Shown: positions 1 to 10,144, numbered from the stretch's first letter. The stretch: DNA of 64,000 nucleotides from Acidobacteriota bacterium (GCA_036507075.1 DASXQR010000152.1:32001-96000), one strand, 5' to 3'. Numbers and translations: made by a program. The notes: a model not told the origin generated them from the letters alone.

Positions 1-1177
1 GAACTCCTTCTTTGGCACGGGAGCGGGAGCCTTTAATACCACCGGCATTAACAACTCCTTCTTTGGATTCCTTTCGGGAAGGCAGAACACGACCGGTTTT
101 GGCAATGCTTTCTTTGGCCATCAGGCCGGACGAGAGAACACGACCGGTCAGTTCAATTCGTTCTTTGGAAGTGGGGCGGGGCTCAACAATACCACGGGAA
201 GCGGGAATGTCTTTTTAGGAATCTTGGCCGGTTTCGCGAATTCAACCGGCTCTGGCAACACCTTCGTCGGAAATTCCGCTGGAAGCATCAACTCAGCCGG
301 AAATCAGAATGCTTTCTTTGGAGTGAATGCAGGGCTCAACAATATTTCTGGAGACAACAACTCCTTTTTCGGCTCCGAGGCGGGTCTTTCAAATATTACA
401 AACGGGAACTCGTTTTTCGGTGCGCTGTCAGGGCGTGCCAATACGTCGGGAGTCTCGAACGCATTTTTTGGATATCGGGCCGGCCGCGACAACGTCACTG
501 GTGGAAGCAATTCATTCTTTGGAAGTGAGGCGGGGCGAGAAAATGTATCGGGCGGTTTCAACTCCTTCTTTGGAAGACTGGCCGGCGGCAACAATACGGG
601 CGACAGCAACTCCTTCTTTGGCGCGCTGGCCGGCCGGGACAACACCACGGCCGACAACAACGCTTTCTTTGGAAGCAGCGCGGGCCGGGATAACACCACG
701 GGAACCAGTAACTCATTCTTCGGACGCGGTTCTGGCCTGTCAAACACAACCGGCGACAATAACACGGCGGTGGGCCGCGGCGCCGGGTCGTCAAATACGA
801 CGGAGAACGGGAACACGTTCATTGGCGCTTTGACTGCAGCCGCGGCCGGCGTGGGCAACGGCACAGCAATTGGATACAAGGCGATGGTGGAACAGGACAA
901 TACGATCGTGTTGGGAAGCATCAATGGAAAGAATGGGGCCGGAGCCAGCGTCAGAGTGGGAATCGGCACCACCCAGCCGCAGGCCAGGCTTCACGTCAAT
1001 GGAATAATACGAATCTCACGTCAGGCCTTTAATGAACCACTCTTGATTCTGGATTCGGGCACTAGTCCCGGTTCCCTTGGTGGGATCCTATTGAGGTCGA
1101 CGGATCCCAACTCGTGCTATCTGCTCTTCATTGGAGCTGATGGGACTGTGTTCACTTCTGCACATGCCTGTCCCTAA
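1..1177 (+). CDS. 5'-truncated adhesin/tail-fibre-like protein with ~17-aa NSFFGxxAGxxNTTG repeats
   Basis: Frame 2 is open from base 2 (NSFFGTGAGAFNTTG...) and continues into ORF 224..1177. The repeats are followed by a VGIGTTQP motif. Confidence 0.75.
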   Translation, partial: NSFFGTGAGAFNTTGINNSFFGFLSGRQNTTGFGNAFFGHQAGRENTTGQFNSFFGSGAGLNNTTGSGNVFLGILAGFANSTGSGNTFVGNSAGSINSAGNQNAFFGVNAGLNNISGDNNSFFGSEAGLSNITNGNSFFGALSGRANTSGVSNAFFGYRAGRDNVTGGSNSFFGSEAGRENVSGGFNSFFGRLAGGNNTGDSNSFFGALAGRDNTTADNNAFFGSSAGRDNTTGTSNSFFGRGSGLSNTTGDNNTAVGRGAGSSNTTENGNTFIGALTAAAAGVGNGTAIGYKAMVEQDNTIVLGSINGKNGAGASVRVGIGTTQPQARLHVNGIIRISRQAFNEPLLILDSGTSPGSLGGILLRSTDPNSCYLLFIGADGTVFTSAHACP

Positions 1178-1215
1178 CCACGCGCTCGCCCAATACTGAA
1201 GGCGGCCCGGTGGTT

Positions 1216-1296
1216 TTCACCGCCGAGACGCAAAGCACACTGAGATTCGCAGAGGGTTGGTTGCGGACTCGGCGATCTCGGCGCCTCTGCGGTGAA
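1216..1296. repeat. Family A inverted-repeat element
   Basis: TTCACCGCCGAGACGC ... GCGCCTCTGCGGTGAA, 14/16 complementary arms. Confidence 0.7.
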
Positions 1297-1421
1297 CGGA
1301 ATATGCGAATCAGCAGCGTTTAGGTAAATCGCCCTTCGTTTTCAGAAGATAGTTCTTAAAGGATTCAGCATCTCGGTTGTTTATACCACAGAGACGCAGA
1401 GGGCACAGAGCCACCAGAGTC

Positions 1422-1569
1422 ATCAGAGCCCGAACGCCAGAGCCACCAGAGTCTATCGGAGCCCGAACGCCAGTGAGGGTCCCTGCGCCCTGGAGGCTCT
1501 GCGCTCCCCGTTACACAGCAGTACAGTGCGATTGACCGGGTGGGTCCCTCACTGGCGTTCGGGCTCTGA
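1422..1569. repeat. REP-like inverted doublet
   Basis: GAGCCCGAACGCCAGTGAGGG ... CCCTCACTGGCGTTCGGGCTC, with an extra left-arm copy at about 1422. Confidence 0.65.
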
Positions 1570-1629
1570 CATGGGTGGCGGCAGTTTAGATTCATCACGC
1601 CGGCAGCGGGCGTTTTGGAGGGATTTTCC

Positions 1630-4029
1630 ATGTGCAAGAGATTCGGTAAATTGCTGGTCTTCGCCGGCCTGCTTGTTTTGCCTTGCAGCGGGCGCGCGCA
1701 GTTTGGCGAAAGCGTGCAGTACTTCCCCCAGTATGCGGTAGGCGTAGGAGCGGCCACTTTCTTTTCCATTCACAATCCGAGCAGTGAAGGCATTACGGTC
1801 AACGTGGAATTGCACCGATCCGATGGCAGCGTGCTGGCCGGCCAGGATGTGTCTCTGGGACCAGGAGCGACACAGACCGTCAAGCTGGAATCGTCTGCTC
1901 CGCTGGCAGCCGGCTGGGCCAGGCTTTCTTCGGCGGGAAAATTCAATGCCAGCGAATTCTTTCAGTTTTACGATCCCAACGGACGGCTGGTTACTCAAGC
2001 CGGCGTTTTGCCCAGCTCTCCGGGTAAGCAGTTCAAGCTTTTTGGCTACGTGCGACAGAAAGCCAGCACAGGGACCGGAGTTGCCATCTTCAATCCCAGC
2101 GCCACAGTGGAAAGCATCTTGACGGTGCGACGGCTCAACGGGGCGGGTCAACTGCTCGACACACTCACGGTTCGACTGGGCCCGTTGGAACATCTGGCGC
2201 GCTTTTTGAACGAGAATCCTTATTTTTTTGGCGTGGATGATTTTGAAGGGCTGGTGGAATTCTCCGCCACTGAACCGGTGGCAGCCGTGACCTTACGGCT
2301 GGACAGCGGAAATCTAGCCGCTGTTCCGGTTCTTAGTCCCCAAGGTGACGTATTGTCTGCCGGTGCCGTCACCACGCTGCACCTGGCCGACGGAGCCGTC
2401 ACGACGCCGAAACTGGGTGATGGATCGGTCACCACTTTAAAGATTGCCGACAGCGCCGTGCTCGGCTCAAAGATTGCCAACGGGCAGGTAGTGCGAAGCA
2501 TCAATGGCCTCAAGGACAATGTGACGCTGGCGGCCGGACCCAACATCCAGATCTCCTCGAACAGCAACACGCTCACGATTACATCCAGCAGCGCGCCTTC
2601 CATTACCGGGGTCAGTGCAGGTACGGGTCTGGCGGGAGGAGGAACTTCGGGCGCGGTGAGTCTTTCGGTAGCTGACGGAGGTATTACTACTGCAAAGCTG
2701 GCAGATAGCGCTGTGACCTCTCAAAAGTTAACTGTTCCTCTCACTCTGACGGGTGCGACGTTCGGCTCTGCGGTGTTGAAAGTGACCAGCACCGGAGGGC
2801 CATTTGCCATGTGGGCCGTAGGCGCCGCTTCGGGACTTCGGGCTGAAGGGGCCGGTATTGGCGTCGAAGCGAGCGGCGGTTCTTACGGCGTGTTGGGAGG
2901 AGGTGGCACTATCGGAGTGTCTGGCAATTCCAATAGCGCTTCGGGCCAGGGTGTCGTGGGAGTTTGCCCGAACAATATCGGTGTACGTGGCGTCAGCACC
3001 AGCGGCACCGGTATGAAGGGCGAGAGCACCAGCGGATTCGCGGTGCATGGAACCAGCAGCACAAATACCGCGGTGGTCGGGGCCAGCACAAGCGGCACCG
3101 GCGTGCGGGGAGAGGGTGCGTCCGCGGGCGTAGCTGGATCAAGCGACAATATCGCGGTCCGGGGCGACACAGCCGGTGGTACCGGGGTTCTTGGCTTCAG
3201 CAACAGTGGCACGGGCGTAAAGGGATCTACAAGCACCGGCACCGGCGTGCGGGGAGAGGGGGGGCTTACGGGGGTGTTCGGGACCGGCAGCAGCATCGCC
3301 GTACGCGGAGACACTACCAACGGTACCGGCGTCAGCGGAAGCAGCGAGGCTGGCCGCGGGGTGACAGGATTCAGCACCAGTTCCGACGGCGTCTGGGGAA
3401 GGACGTCAAGTGGAAACGCGGGAGTTCTCGGAACCTCCATTGGCACCGGAGATGGTGTCCAGGGATCCAGTACTAGCGGACGGGCGGGAGACTTCCTGGG
3501 CAATGTTCGCATCACCGGAACGCTCACCAAAGGCGGCGGCTCATTTCAAATCGACCACCCGCTCGATCCGCTCAACAAATACCTCAATCACTCGTTTGTC
3601 GAAAGTCCCGACATGATGAACATCTATAACGGCAATGTCATGCTGGATGAGAGGGGTGAGTCCTGGGTACAATTGCCGGAGTGGTTCGAGGCACTCAACC
3701 GGGACTTTCGCTATCAGCTTACGTGTATCGGTGGCTTTGCTCCTGTTTTCATCGCGCAGGAAATCTCCGGCAATCGATTCAGAATTGCCGGCGGCGGTCC
3801 CGGCCTGAAGGTCTCATGGCTCGTCACAGGCATTCGCCAGGATGCTTATGCCAATAAACATCGCATTCAAGTGGAAGAAGACAAGCCTGCAGCCGAGAAA
3901 GGCTTGTATTTGCATCCGGAAGACTTCGGCCAGCCGTTCGAAAGAGGCATTCTGTGGATGAAGTATCCCGAGGAATTAAGACGGGAGTTGAACCGGCCGG
4001 CACATCGTCAGAGTCCTGAACGTCAGTGA
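1630..4029 (+). CDS. Secreted surface protein: signal peptide, ~200-aa beta module, AVTTxKLADG repeats, Gly/Ser/Thr GVxG repeats, C-terminal FQIDHPLDP domain
   Basis: 804-aa ORF; GGAGGG precedes ATG 1630; hydrophobic N-terminus. Confidence 0.8.
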   Translation: MCKRFGKLLVFAGLLVLPCSGRAQFGESVQYFPQYAVGVGAATFFSIHNPSSEGITVNVELHRSDGSVLAGQDVSLGPGATQTVKLESSAPLAAGWARLSSAGKFNASEFFQFYDPNGRLVTQAGVLPSSPGKQFKLFGYVRQKASTGTGVAIFNPSATVESILTVRRLNGAGQLLDTLTVRLGPLEHLARFLNENPYFFGVDDFEGLVEFSATEPVAAVTLRLDSGNLAAVPVLSPQGDVLSAGAVTTLHLADGAVTTPKLGDGSVTTLKIADSAVLGSKIANGQVVRSINGLKDNVTLAAGPNIQISSNSNTLTITSSSAPSITGVSAGTGLAGGGTSGAVSLSVADGGITTAKLADSAVTSQKLTVPLTLTGATFGSAVLKVTSTGGPFAMWAVGAASGLRAEGAGIGVEASGGSYGVLGGGGTIGVSGNSNSASGQGVVGVCPNNIGVRGVSTSGTGMKGESTSGFAVHGTSSTNTAVVGASTSGTGVRGEGASAGVAGSSDNIAVRGDTAGGTGVLGFSNSGTGVKGSTSTGTGVRGEGGLTGVFGTGSSIAVRGDTTNGTGVSGSSEAGRGVTGFSTSSDGVWGRTSSGNAGVLGTSIGTGDGVQGSSTSGRAGDFLGNVRITGTLTKGGGSFQIDHPLDPLNKYLNHSFVESPDMMNIYNGNVMLDERGESWVQLPEWFEALNRDFRYQLTCIGGFAPVFIAQEISGNRFRIAGGGPGLKVSWLVTGIRQDAYANKHRIQVEEDKPAAEKGLYLHPEDFGQPFERGILWMKYPEELRRELNRPAHRQSPERQ

Positions 4030-4145
4030 CGAGCACTGGATGGTGTCTGTCCCCAATTCCCTGTTAAAGGATCCAGCATCTCGATTGTCTATACCACAGA
4101 GATACAGAGTGTACAGAGCCACCAGAGTCTATCGGAGCCCGAACG

Positions 4146-4730
4146 CTGTCTGCCGGTGCCGTCACCACGCTGCATCTGGCCGATGGAGCCGTCACCACGC
4201 CCAAGATTGCCGACGGGGCGGTGACGACTTTAAAAATAGCCGATAGTGCGATTTCCGGCTCCAAATTGGCGGATGGCGCTGTGACTGCTTCGAAGATTGC
4301 CGATGGCGCCGTTCTCGGCTCCAAGATTGCCAATGGGCAGGTGGTGCGAAGCATCAATGGTCTGAAGGACAACGTGACGTTGACGGCCGGAGCCAACATT
4401 CAGATCTCCTCGAACAGCAACACACTGACGATTACATCCAACAGCGCGCCTTCCATTACCGGTGTCAGTGCAGGGTCGGGCCTGGCGGGAGGAGGAACAT
4501 CGGGCGCGGTGAGTCTTTCGGTTGCCGATGGAGGCATTAGCAGCGCCAAGCTCGCGGATGGCGCGGTGACGAGTTCCAAGCTGGTAATCCCTCTGAACCT
4601 GGAGGCCCCTTTGTCCGGTCTTTCCGCTGTATTAAAAGCGAATAATACAGCGTCAACCGGTGTCGGCCTGTGGGGCATAGGTGTCGCCATTGGAGTCAAG
4701 GGCACGGGCAACGTTTTCGGCGTGACCGGA
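4146..4730 (+). pseudogene. Internal fragment of a diverged paralogue of 1630..4029
   Basis: Starts TGTCTGCCGGTGCCGTCACCACGCTGCA as at 2353. Near-identical peptide [23 protein letters not shown]. Lacks the N-terminus and ends at a REP doublet. Confidence 0.75.
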
Positions 4731-4815
4731 CCGCGGAGCGTCAGTCCGCGGAGCACCTATCGACTGGCCGGACATGGGTTGATTTGCCGCGGCGCGGGCT
4801 GACGCCACGCGGTAC
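4729..4815. repeat. REP-like inverted doublet
   Basis: ACCGCGGAGCGTCAGTCCGCG vs CGCGGGCTGACGCCACGCGGT, 18/21 complementary. Confidence 0.6.
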
Positions 4816-4959
4816 TGTTGAGGCGAGACGACTTACCTGGTTCGCACCACGCCCTTGCGGACGTGGCTCTGTGCTTCGCGTGCCGGCCGATAGACCGAGA
4901 TGTTTGGTTTCAATTCAGCCGTTTGCATGTCATCTAGCTGGTGCAACTCACATCGCGGG

Positions 4960-5322
4960 CTATGCGGCCAGTTTTTCCACCATGTCTGCGACTTTCCCGA
5001 GCGTAAAGGGGCGTCTCAACACCGCCGCCCATTCAAACTCACGGGTAATGGGATCATTCAGCTCTACAGCTCCTCCCAGAAGGATAACCGGCACGCGTAC
5101 CTGTTTCAGCCGGGAGAGCACGGCGCCATCGAGCGACTGACCACACAGGTCGAGCACCATCATACGTGGTTTTCGTTCACCCGAGAGAGGCACCGCAGCC
5201 AGGGCGTGGGAGATTTCCGGGTAGCCTACCGCATCAAAGCCGCGCTCGATCAGTTCTGCCCTCAAACACGCTCGCGGCCAGTGCTCGCGGCTGACGATCC
5301 AAACTACCGGTTGTGCTTGCAT
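4960..5322 (-). CDS. Atypical stand-alone receiver-like (CheY-fold) protein
   Basis: 120 aa with VLDL, PVILLG and LRRPF in receiver-domain positions. Confidence 0.55.
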   Translation of the reverse strand: MQAQPVVWIVSREHWPRACLRAELIERGFDAVGYPEISHALAAVPLSGERKPRMMVLDLCGQSLDGAVLSRLKQVRVPVILLGGAVELNDPITREFEWAAVLRRPFTLGKVADMVEKLAA

Positions 5323-5340
5323 TCACAAACAGTGTACTGC

Positions 5341-5503
5341 CAGTCTTTCAGTCTTTCAGTCTTTCAGTCTTTCAGTCTTTCAGTCTTTCAGTCTTTCAGT
5401 CTTGACAGACTGACGGACTGAGAGACTGAGAGACTGAGAGACTGAAAGACCGAGAGACTGAGAAACTCGTGATGACCAATGACCATTGACCAATGACCAA
5501 TGA
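5341..5503. repeat. Octamer tract (CAGTCTTT)x7+, an inverted (GAGAGACT-type) tract, then a TGACCAA heptamer tract
   Basis: Directly visible tandem repeats. Confidence 0.9.
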
Positions 5504-5555
5504 CAGAGTATGTTGCGTTGATTCGCATACAGATAAAAGGACAAACCAGGGCGCC

Positions 5556-6446
5556 ATGTCGCATGTCCATCGAAGACACTGGATCCAGGCGGGGTTGATC
5601 AGCCTGGCCAATTTCATCATTGGCAACCCGCTGTCGCGGGAGGCACAGGCGGAAACTCGCCGCGAGATCTTCGACGCGCATCTGCATATTCCCAGCGACA
5701 ACGGAGAGAACTTCCAGTGGAACCTGGTGACCCGCAACATGCCCGAGTTTGTCGCCTATCTGGACAAATGCGGCGTACGTCGTGGCGTCATCTCATCGTC
5801 CTGGAGCAACAAGGCGCAAACTCCCGAAGACTACCGGCAGGGAAACCGCGAGGTCGCCAAATATGTTGACCGGTACAAGGGGCGTTTTCGCGGAAGCTGC
5901 GTGATTACGCCTTTCCGTGTCGACGAGGCTCTGCGCGAAATCGAGACCTGTCATAAGCAATACGGCTTTGTCTGGCTGGGTGAGTTTTGCAACTACATGA
6001 CCGGCTACAAATATGACACGCCGGAGTGGACCGAGGTGATGAACCTTGCCACGCGGCTGAACCTGGTAATGCAGATCCACACCAATACGCGCGAGATGCA
6101 ATACCTGGCGGAGAACTTCCCGCAGACCACCATCGTGTTCCCGCACCTGGGCGGGAGCAAGGACGACATCTTTGCCCGGATCGAAATCATTGCCAAACAT
6201 AAGAACGCGAACATTGATCTTTCCGGCTCGGGCATCGAACGGGTTGGGATTCTGGAGAGGGCGGTCAAGGAGATTGGAGCCGATCGCGTGCTGTACGGCT
6301 CTGACTTCACCATCAACGAGCCGTCAGCGGTGATCGTCAGGGTAAAGAATGCCTTCCTCACTCCAGATGACCGCGAGAAAATCCTGTTTGGAAATGTGCA
6401 GCGCCTTCTATCGCAGGCCGGCCGGTTTTCAAAGTCGAAGGTCTGA
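5556..6446 (+). CDS. Amidohydrolase family protein (Amidohydro_2 type), possible Tat signal
   Basis: DAHLH, HLGG and RVLYGSDF motifs; N-terminal RRHWI. Confidence 0.85.
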   Translation: MSHVHRRHWIQAGLISLANFIIGNPLSREAQAETRREIFDAHLHIPSDNGENFQWNLVTRNMPEFVAYLDKCGVRRGVISSSWSNKAQTPEDYRQGNREVAKYVDRYKGRFRGSCVITPFRVDEALREIETCHKQYGFVWLGEFCNYMTGYKYDTPEWTEVMNLATRLNLVMQIHTNTREMQYLAENFPQTTIVFPHLGGSKDDIFARIEIIAKHKNANIDLSGSGIERVGILERAVKEIGADRVLYGSDFTINEPSAVIVRVKNAFLTPDDREKILFGNVQRLLSQAGRFSKSKV

Positions 6447-6742
6447 AAGTCGAAGGTCGAAGGTCGAAGCCACTCTCGAATGCGGAATGCGGAATAAAAA
6501 CTGTCAGTAGTCCGTTGTCCGTTGTGCGTTGTTCCTGACATTTCAGCGCAGAGCCGCAGAGTTTCAGCCACGAATTTCACGAATTTCGCGAAGGGGAATC
6601 TGTGGCCACGAGTCACACGAATTTCACGAAGGGGAAACCTGCAACCTGTGACAATCGATCGCGATCAACCGACAACCAACCACTGACAACGGACCACTGA
6701 CCACGGACAGCTTTCATTCCGCATTCCGAAATCCGCATTCGA
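6431..6742. repeat. Nested heptamer inverted tracts
   Basis: GAATGCG.. / ..CGCATTC outside, GTCCGTT.. / ..AACGGAC inside, CACGAATTT units in the core. Confidence 0.8.
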
Positions 6743-6754
6743 TGGTACCCGCAT

Positions 6755-8776
6755 TTATTGAGCCGCCACGGCGCCGGGCTGCAGATATTTTTCAAACCAT
6801 TCCAGATTTGACTGCCTGGCTTTAAGCACCATCTTGGGCTCGTTGGGGCCGTGAGGCATGCGCGGCAGGACGATCATGCGCGCCGGCACTCCCTGCGCGC
6901 GCAGCGCGTTGTACAGCTCGTATCCCTGCGATATGGGGACACGCTCATCTGCTTCCCCATGCTGGATCAGTGTCGGAGTAACTGCGCCCTTCACATTGAA
7001 CATCGCCGAATGCGCGCGGTACACTTCCAGGTCTTCCCAGGGTTGAGCGCCGAAATAGTCGGGCAGGAAATCCGGAATGTCCGCAGTGCCGGTGAAGCTC
7101 ATCAGATTTGTGACCCCGGCGCCGACCGACGCCGCTTTGAAGCGCTTCGTTTGCGTGATGATCCACGAGGTCATATATCCGCCGTAGCTCCAACCCATCA
7201 CACCGAGCCGGTCAGGATCGGCCACTCCCATTTCAATTACTTTATCGACTCCCGTCATCAGATCCTTGTAGTCTCCTCCACCCCAGTCCCGGACGTTGGC
7301 GCGCCGAAATTTCAAGCCATATCCGGATGATCCGCGAGGGTTGACGCGGAGCATCGCGTAGCCGCGCGACGCGAAGCTGTCCAGCGGATACACCGACCTG
7401 CTGCCTGCAAGAAAGCTGCGAGTAAAAACTCCCGCCGGCCCGCCGTGTACGATGAGCAGCAGCGGCACCCGCGTGCCGGGGCGGTAATTGACGGGATAGG
7501 TCAGGAGCCCTTCAATTTCCAGACCGTCGAAGCTCTTCCAGCGGATCACTTCCGTTTTGCCGAGCGGCAGCCGCGGCAGGTCCGCGTTGGCGCGGCTTAT
7601 CTGCACGGGCGCGAAGGTATCAACCCGGCTGGCAAACACCTCGGGAGCGCGGTCGGGTTTCTCCAGAACGAATCCAAACATCGTTTTTGATGGATTCAAA
7701 TTGACGCCGCTGAGAAGTTCATCGCCGCCGGCAATCTCGACGATCCGGTTCGAGCTAAGTTCCACGGCATAGATCCTGGTTCCGGTGCCATGAGTTTCGT
7801 CAAAATAGATCCGGCTGCCGTCCGCCGACCAATCGATCAGACGAGGTTGGCTGTCATGACTGGGGGCCAGGGTTCTGGGCGCCCCGCCGGTTGAGGGAAC
7901 CACTTGAACGGCCACGCTGCGAGCCCAGCGGGGTGGAATGTCGCTCACAATCATCGCGATATTTTTGCCATCCGGCGAATAAACCGGGTTCGATTCCGCC
8001 GCCGCTGTGGCGCTGATCGTTTTGATCTCCCTGGTGTTTACGTCGATTATGGAAACATCACTCGAGGTCCAGTCGTTGGGCTTGGGAGTCTTAACACGGG
8101 AGAACACGATGCTCTTTCCGTCCGGAGACCAGTCCAGGCTCTGAACACTGAATGAACTTCCGGTCAGACGGACCACCGGGCGCTTGTCGCCGGCATCCTT
8201 CCTCACGGCAACAATGTGGAGTTGATTCATTTTGATGTTCTCATCGACCCAGCGCGCATCATCCTTGCCTTTATTGGCTTTCTCCTCGTCATCGGCCGGC
8301 TGCTCCTTCATTATGAAAGCAAGCTGCTCACCGTCAGGCGACCAGGCAAACGAAATCACACCGGTCTTTACATCCGTGAGGGCTTCCGCTTCCCCGCCGT
8401 CGGCGCGTATGCGATAAAGATTGTTCTTACCCGAACGGTTGGAGACGAATGCAATCCAATTACCGTCGGGCGACCATTGCGGGTCGGTGGATGATTTCTC
8501 CGCAAACGTCATCTGGCGTACGCCACGTCCGTCCGATTGGGAGAGATATATCTGCGAGACGTATTCGCTTCTGTCGGCGGTGATGACGGCTTCGGTAACG
8601 GTATAGAGCACGCGGCTTCCATCCGGCGAAACGCGCGCGTTTCCGAGGCTCTTGACCTTCATCGCCAGCTCCGGAGTCCATCCGCTGAAGCTGTCGGAAG
8701 CGGCATTGACGGAATAAGATCCAAAGAACACAATGGCTATTGACGTAACCAGAATCAAGTAAGCTTTTTTCCGCAT
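6755..8776 (-). CDS. S9 family peptidase (acylaminoacyl/dipeptidyl peptidase) with TolB-like propeller
   Basis: GWSYGG nucleophile, HGGP, DERVP, WSPDG repeats; GGAGGAGG before ATG 8776. Confidence 0.92.
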   Translation of the reverse strand: MRKKAYLILVTSIAIVFFGSYSVNAASDSFSGWTPELAMKVKSLGNARVSPDGSRVLYTVTEAVITADRSEYVSQIYLSQSDGRGVRQMTFAEKSSTDPQWSPDGNWIAFVSNRSGKNNLYRIRADGGEAEALTDVKTGVISFAWSPDGEQLAFIMKEQPADDEEKANKGKDDARWVDENIKMNQLHIVAVRKDAGDKRPVVRLTGSSFSVQSLDWSPDGKSIVFSRVKTPKPNDWTSSDVSIIDVNTREIKTISATAAAESNPVYSPDGKNIAMIVSDIPPRWARSVAVQVVPSTGGAPRTLAPSHDSQPRLIDWSADGSRIYFDETHGTGTRIYAVELSSNRIVEIAGGDELLSGVNLNPSKTMFGFVLEKPDRAPEVFASRVDTFAPVQISRANADLPRLPLGKTEVIRWKSFDGLEIEGLLTYPVNYRPGTRVPLLLIVHGGPAGVFTRSFLAGSRSVYPLDSFASRGYAMLRVNPRGSSGYGLKFRRANVRDWGGGDYKDLMTGVDKVIEMGVADPDRLGVMGWSYGGYMTSWIITQTKRFKAASVGAGVTNLMSFTGTADIPDFLPDYFGAQPWEDLEVYRAHSAMFNVKGAVTPTLIQHGEADERVPISQGYELYNALRAQGVPARMIVLPRMPHGPNEPKMVLKARQSNLEWFEKYLQPGAVAAQ

Positions 8777-8797
8777 GATCAAACCTCCTCCAACTTT

Positions 8798-9032
8798 GTG
8801 AAAGAATTCACCACAGGGACTTAGCGCGGCGAAGCCGCAACCAAAAGTCAAGGAGAGACGGCCTGAGGGCCGTCTCTCTGCGGTGCCCTGCCAAGCTGAG
8901 ACGGCCCTCAGGCCGTCTCTCCGCTACCAAATAATTTGTGCAGGCCGCGAAAATTCTCATGGTTAGTAGTACAGAGAGCACAGGGGACCGTTGTCTCTGT
9001 GGTCTCTGTACCCCTGTGGTGAATTCTTTCAC
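8798..9032. mobile_element. Family A element interrupted by family B element that contains a REP doublet
   Basis: Perfect 21-bp outer inverted repeat. Removing 8819-8968 restores the left arm. Confidence 0.7.
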
Positions 9033-9194
9033 GTTTTCATTCCCAGGGTCCGGCTGGTCAAATAAGGCAGCGTATGTCGCATTATATCGGACCTCTCCAA
9101 AGCCTAAAAGGGATTGCCCGGGAGGAATTCCGGATTATTATCAGCTCAACAGCCCGACACTCCTATTTTTTGTGAAGGGAAAACAGGAGGCATC

Positions 9195-9971
9195 ATGCGA
9201 ACCGTTACTTTTCTCATGGGTTTAGCTCTCTTTGTCTCTGTTGCGGCAGCACAAACTCTCTCCGACATCGCGGCGGGAAAGGTTCGCGTGGTTGATCTTT
9301 GTTATGCGCTGAACTCAAAGAACTCCTACTGGCCGATCGGCGATTACCACCCTTTCCGGTTCCGCACCATCGCCATACTGAAAAAGGACGGCGTCTTTTC
9401 AGGCGAGTACTCCACTCCCGAACATCTCGGCACGCACCTGGACGCGCCCAACCATTTTGAAGCGAACCGGAAATCCGTGGATCAAATCACCCTGCCGGAA
9501 CTGGTGGCGCCCTTTGTGGTGATCGATATTACGCCGGAAGCGTTACGAGATCCGGACACGATGCTCACCCTGTCGCAGGTGCGCCAGTGGGAGGTTAAGA
9601 ACGGCGCCATTCCACGCGCGTCGGTCGTTCTGCTGCGGACAGGCTGGAACCGTTACTGGGCCACGCCCCGCTACAGCAATATGGACGCGCAGCAGACACT
9701 GCATTTCCCGGGTTACTCCCCGGAAGCCGCCGCGTTTCTGGTCCAGTCCAGAGACATTCGCGGCATCGGGATTGACGATCTGAGCGTGGACCGCGGTCTG
9801 TCCAAGAAATTCGAGGTGCATCACATTGTAAACGGCGCGCAGAAATATCATCTCGAGAACGTCGCCAATCTGGACAAGCTTCCCTCCCGCGGGGGATTTC
9901 TGATCGTGGCGCCGATAAAAATCGAGGGAGGCTCCGGAGGACAAGCTCGAATCTGGGCGGTACTCCCCTGA
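9195..9971 (+). CDS. Cyclase family (kynurenine formamidase-like) metal hydrolase with signal peptide
   Basis: HLGTHLDAPNHF, LLRTGW, HFPG, LENVANL; RBS CAGGAGG. Confidence 0.88.
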   Translation: MRTVTFLMGLALFVSVAAAQTLSDIAAGKVRVVDLCYALNSKNSYWPIGDYHPFRFRTIAILKKDGVFSGEYSTPEHLGTHLDAPNHFEANRKSVDQITLPELVAPFVVIDITPEALRDPDTMLTLSQVRQWEVKNGAIPRASVVLLRTGWNRYWATPRYSNMDAQQTLHFPGYSPEAAAFLVQSRDIRGIGIDDLSVDRGLSKKFEVHHIVNGAQKYHLENVANLDKLPSRGGFLIVAPIKIEGGSGGQARIWAVLP

Positions 9972-9984
9972 AAATGAAAGACTA

Positions 9985-10144
9985 AACCGCCAAGAACGCC
10001 AAGAACGCTAAGGCTCTAATTTGGCGTAAGGTGGCTGTCTGCAAACGGCTGACATTTCCGGAGAAGTGTTACGTAGCACCCTTGCTGAAACTGAATAGCC
10101 TGATTGAAAAGATATTCTTGGCGTTCTTAGCGTTCTTTGCGGTT
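9985..10144. repeat. Family D inverted-repeat element
   Basis: AACCGCCAAGAACGCCAAGAACGC ... GCGTTCTTAGCGTTCTTTGCGGTT. Confidence 0.75.

Noticed and set aside
1..900. CRISPR-like ~51-bp periodicity
   Set aside because: Explained by a 17-aa coding repeat with synonymous variation.
4670..5421. Plus-strand ORFs 4670-5140 and 4900-5421
   Set aside because: They overlap a REP doublet, an opposite-strand gene and a microsatellite, and show no recognisable motifs.
8777..8851. N-terminal extensions of the S9 peptidase, anti-sigma, hisA and hisZ ORFs
   Set aside because: They derive from upstream repeats, and downstream ATGs fit the family starts better (clear RBS for the peptidase and anti-sigma).
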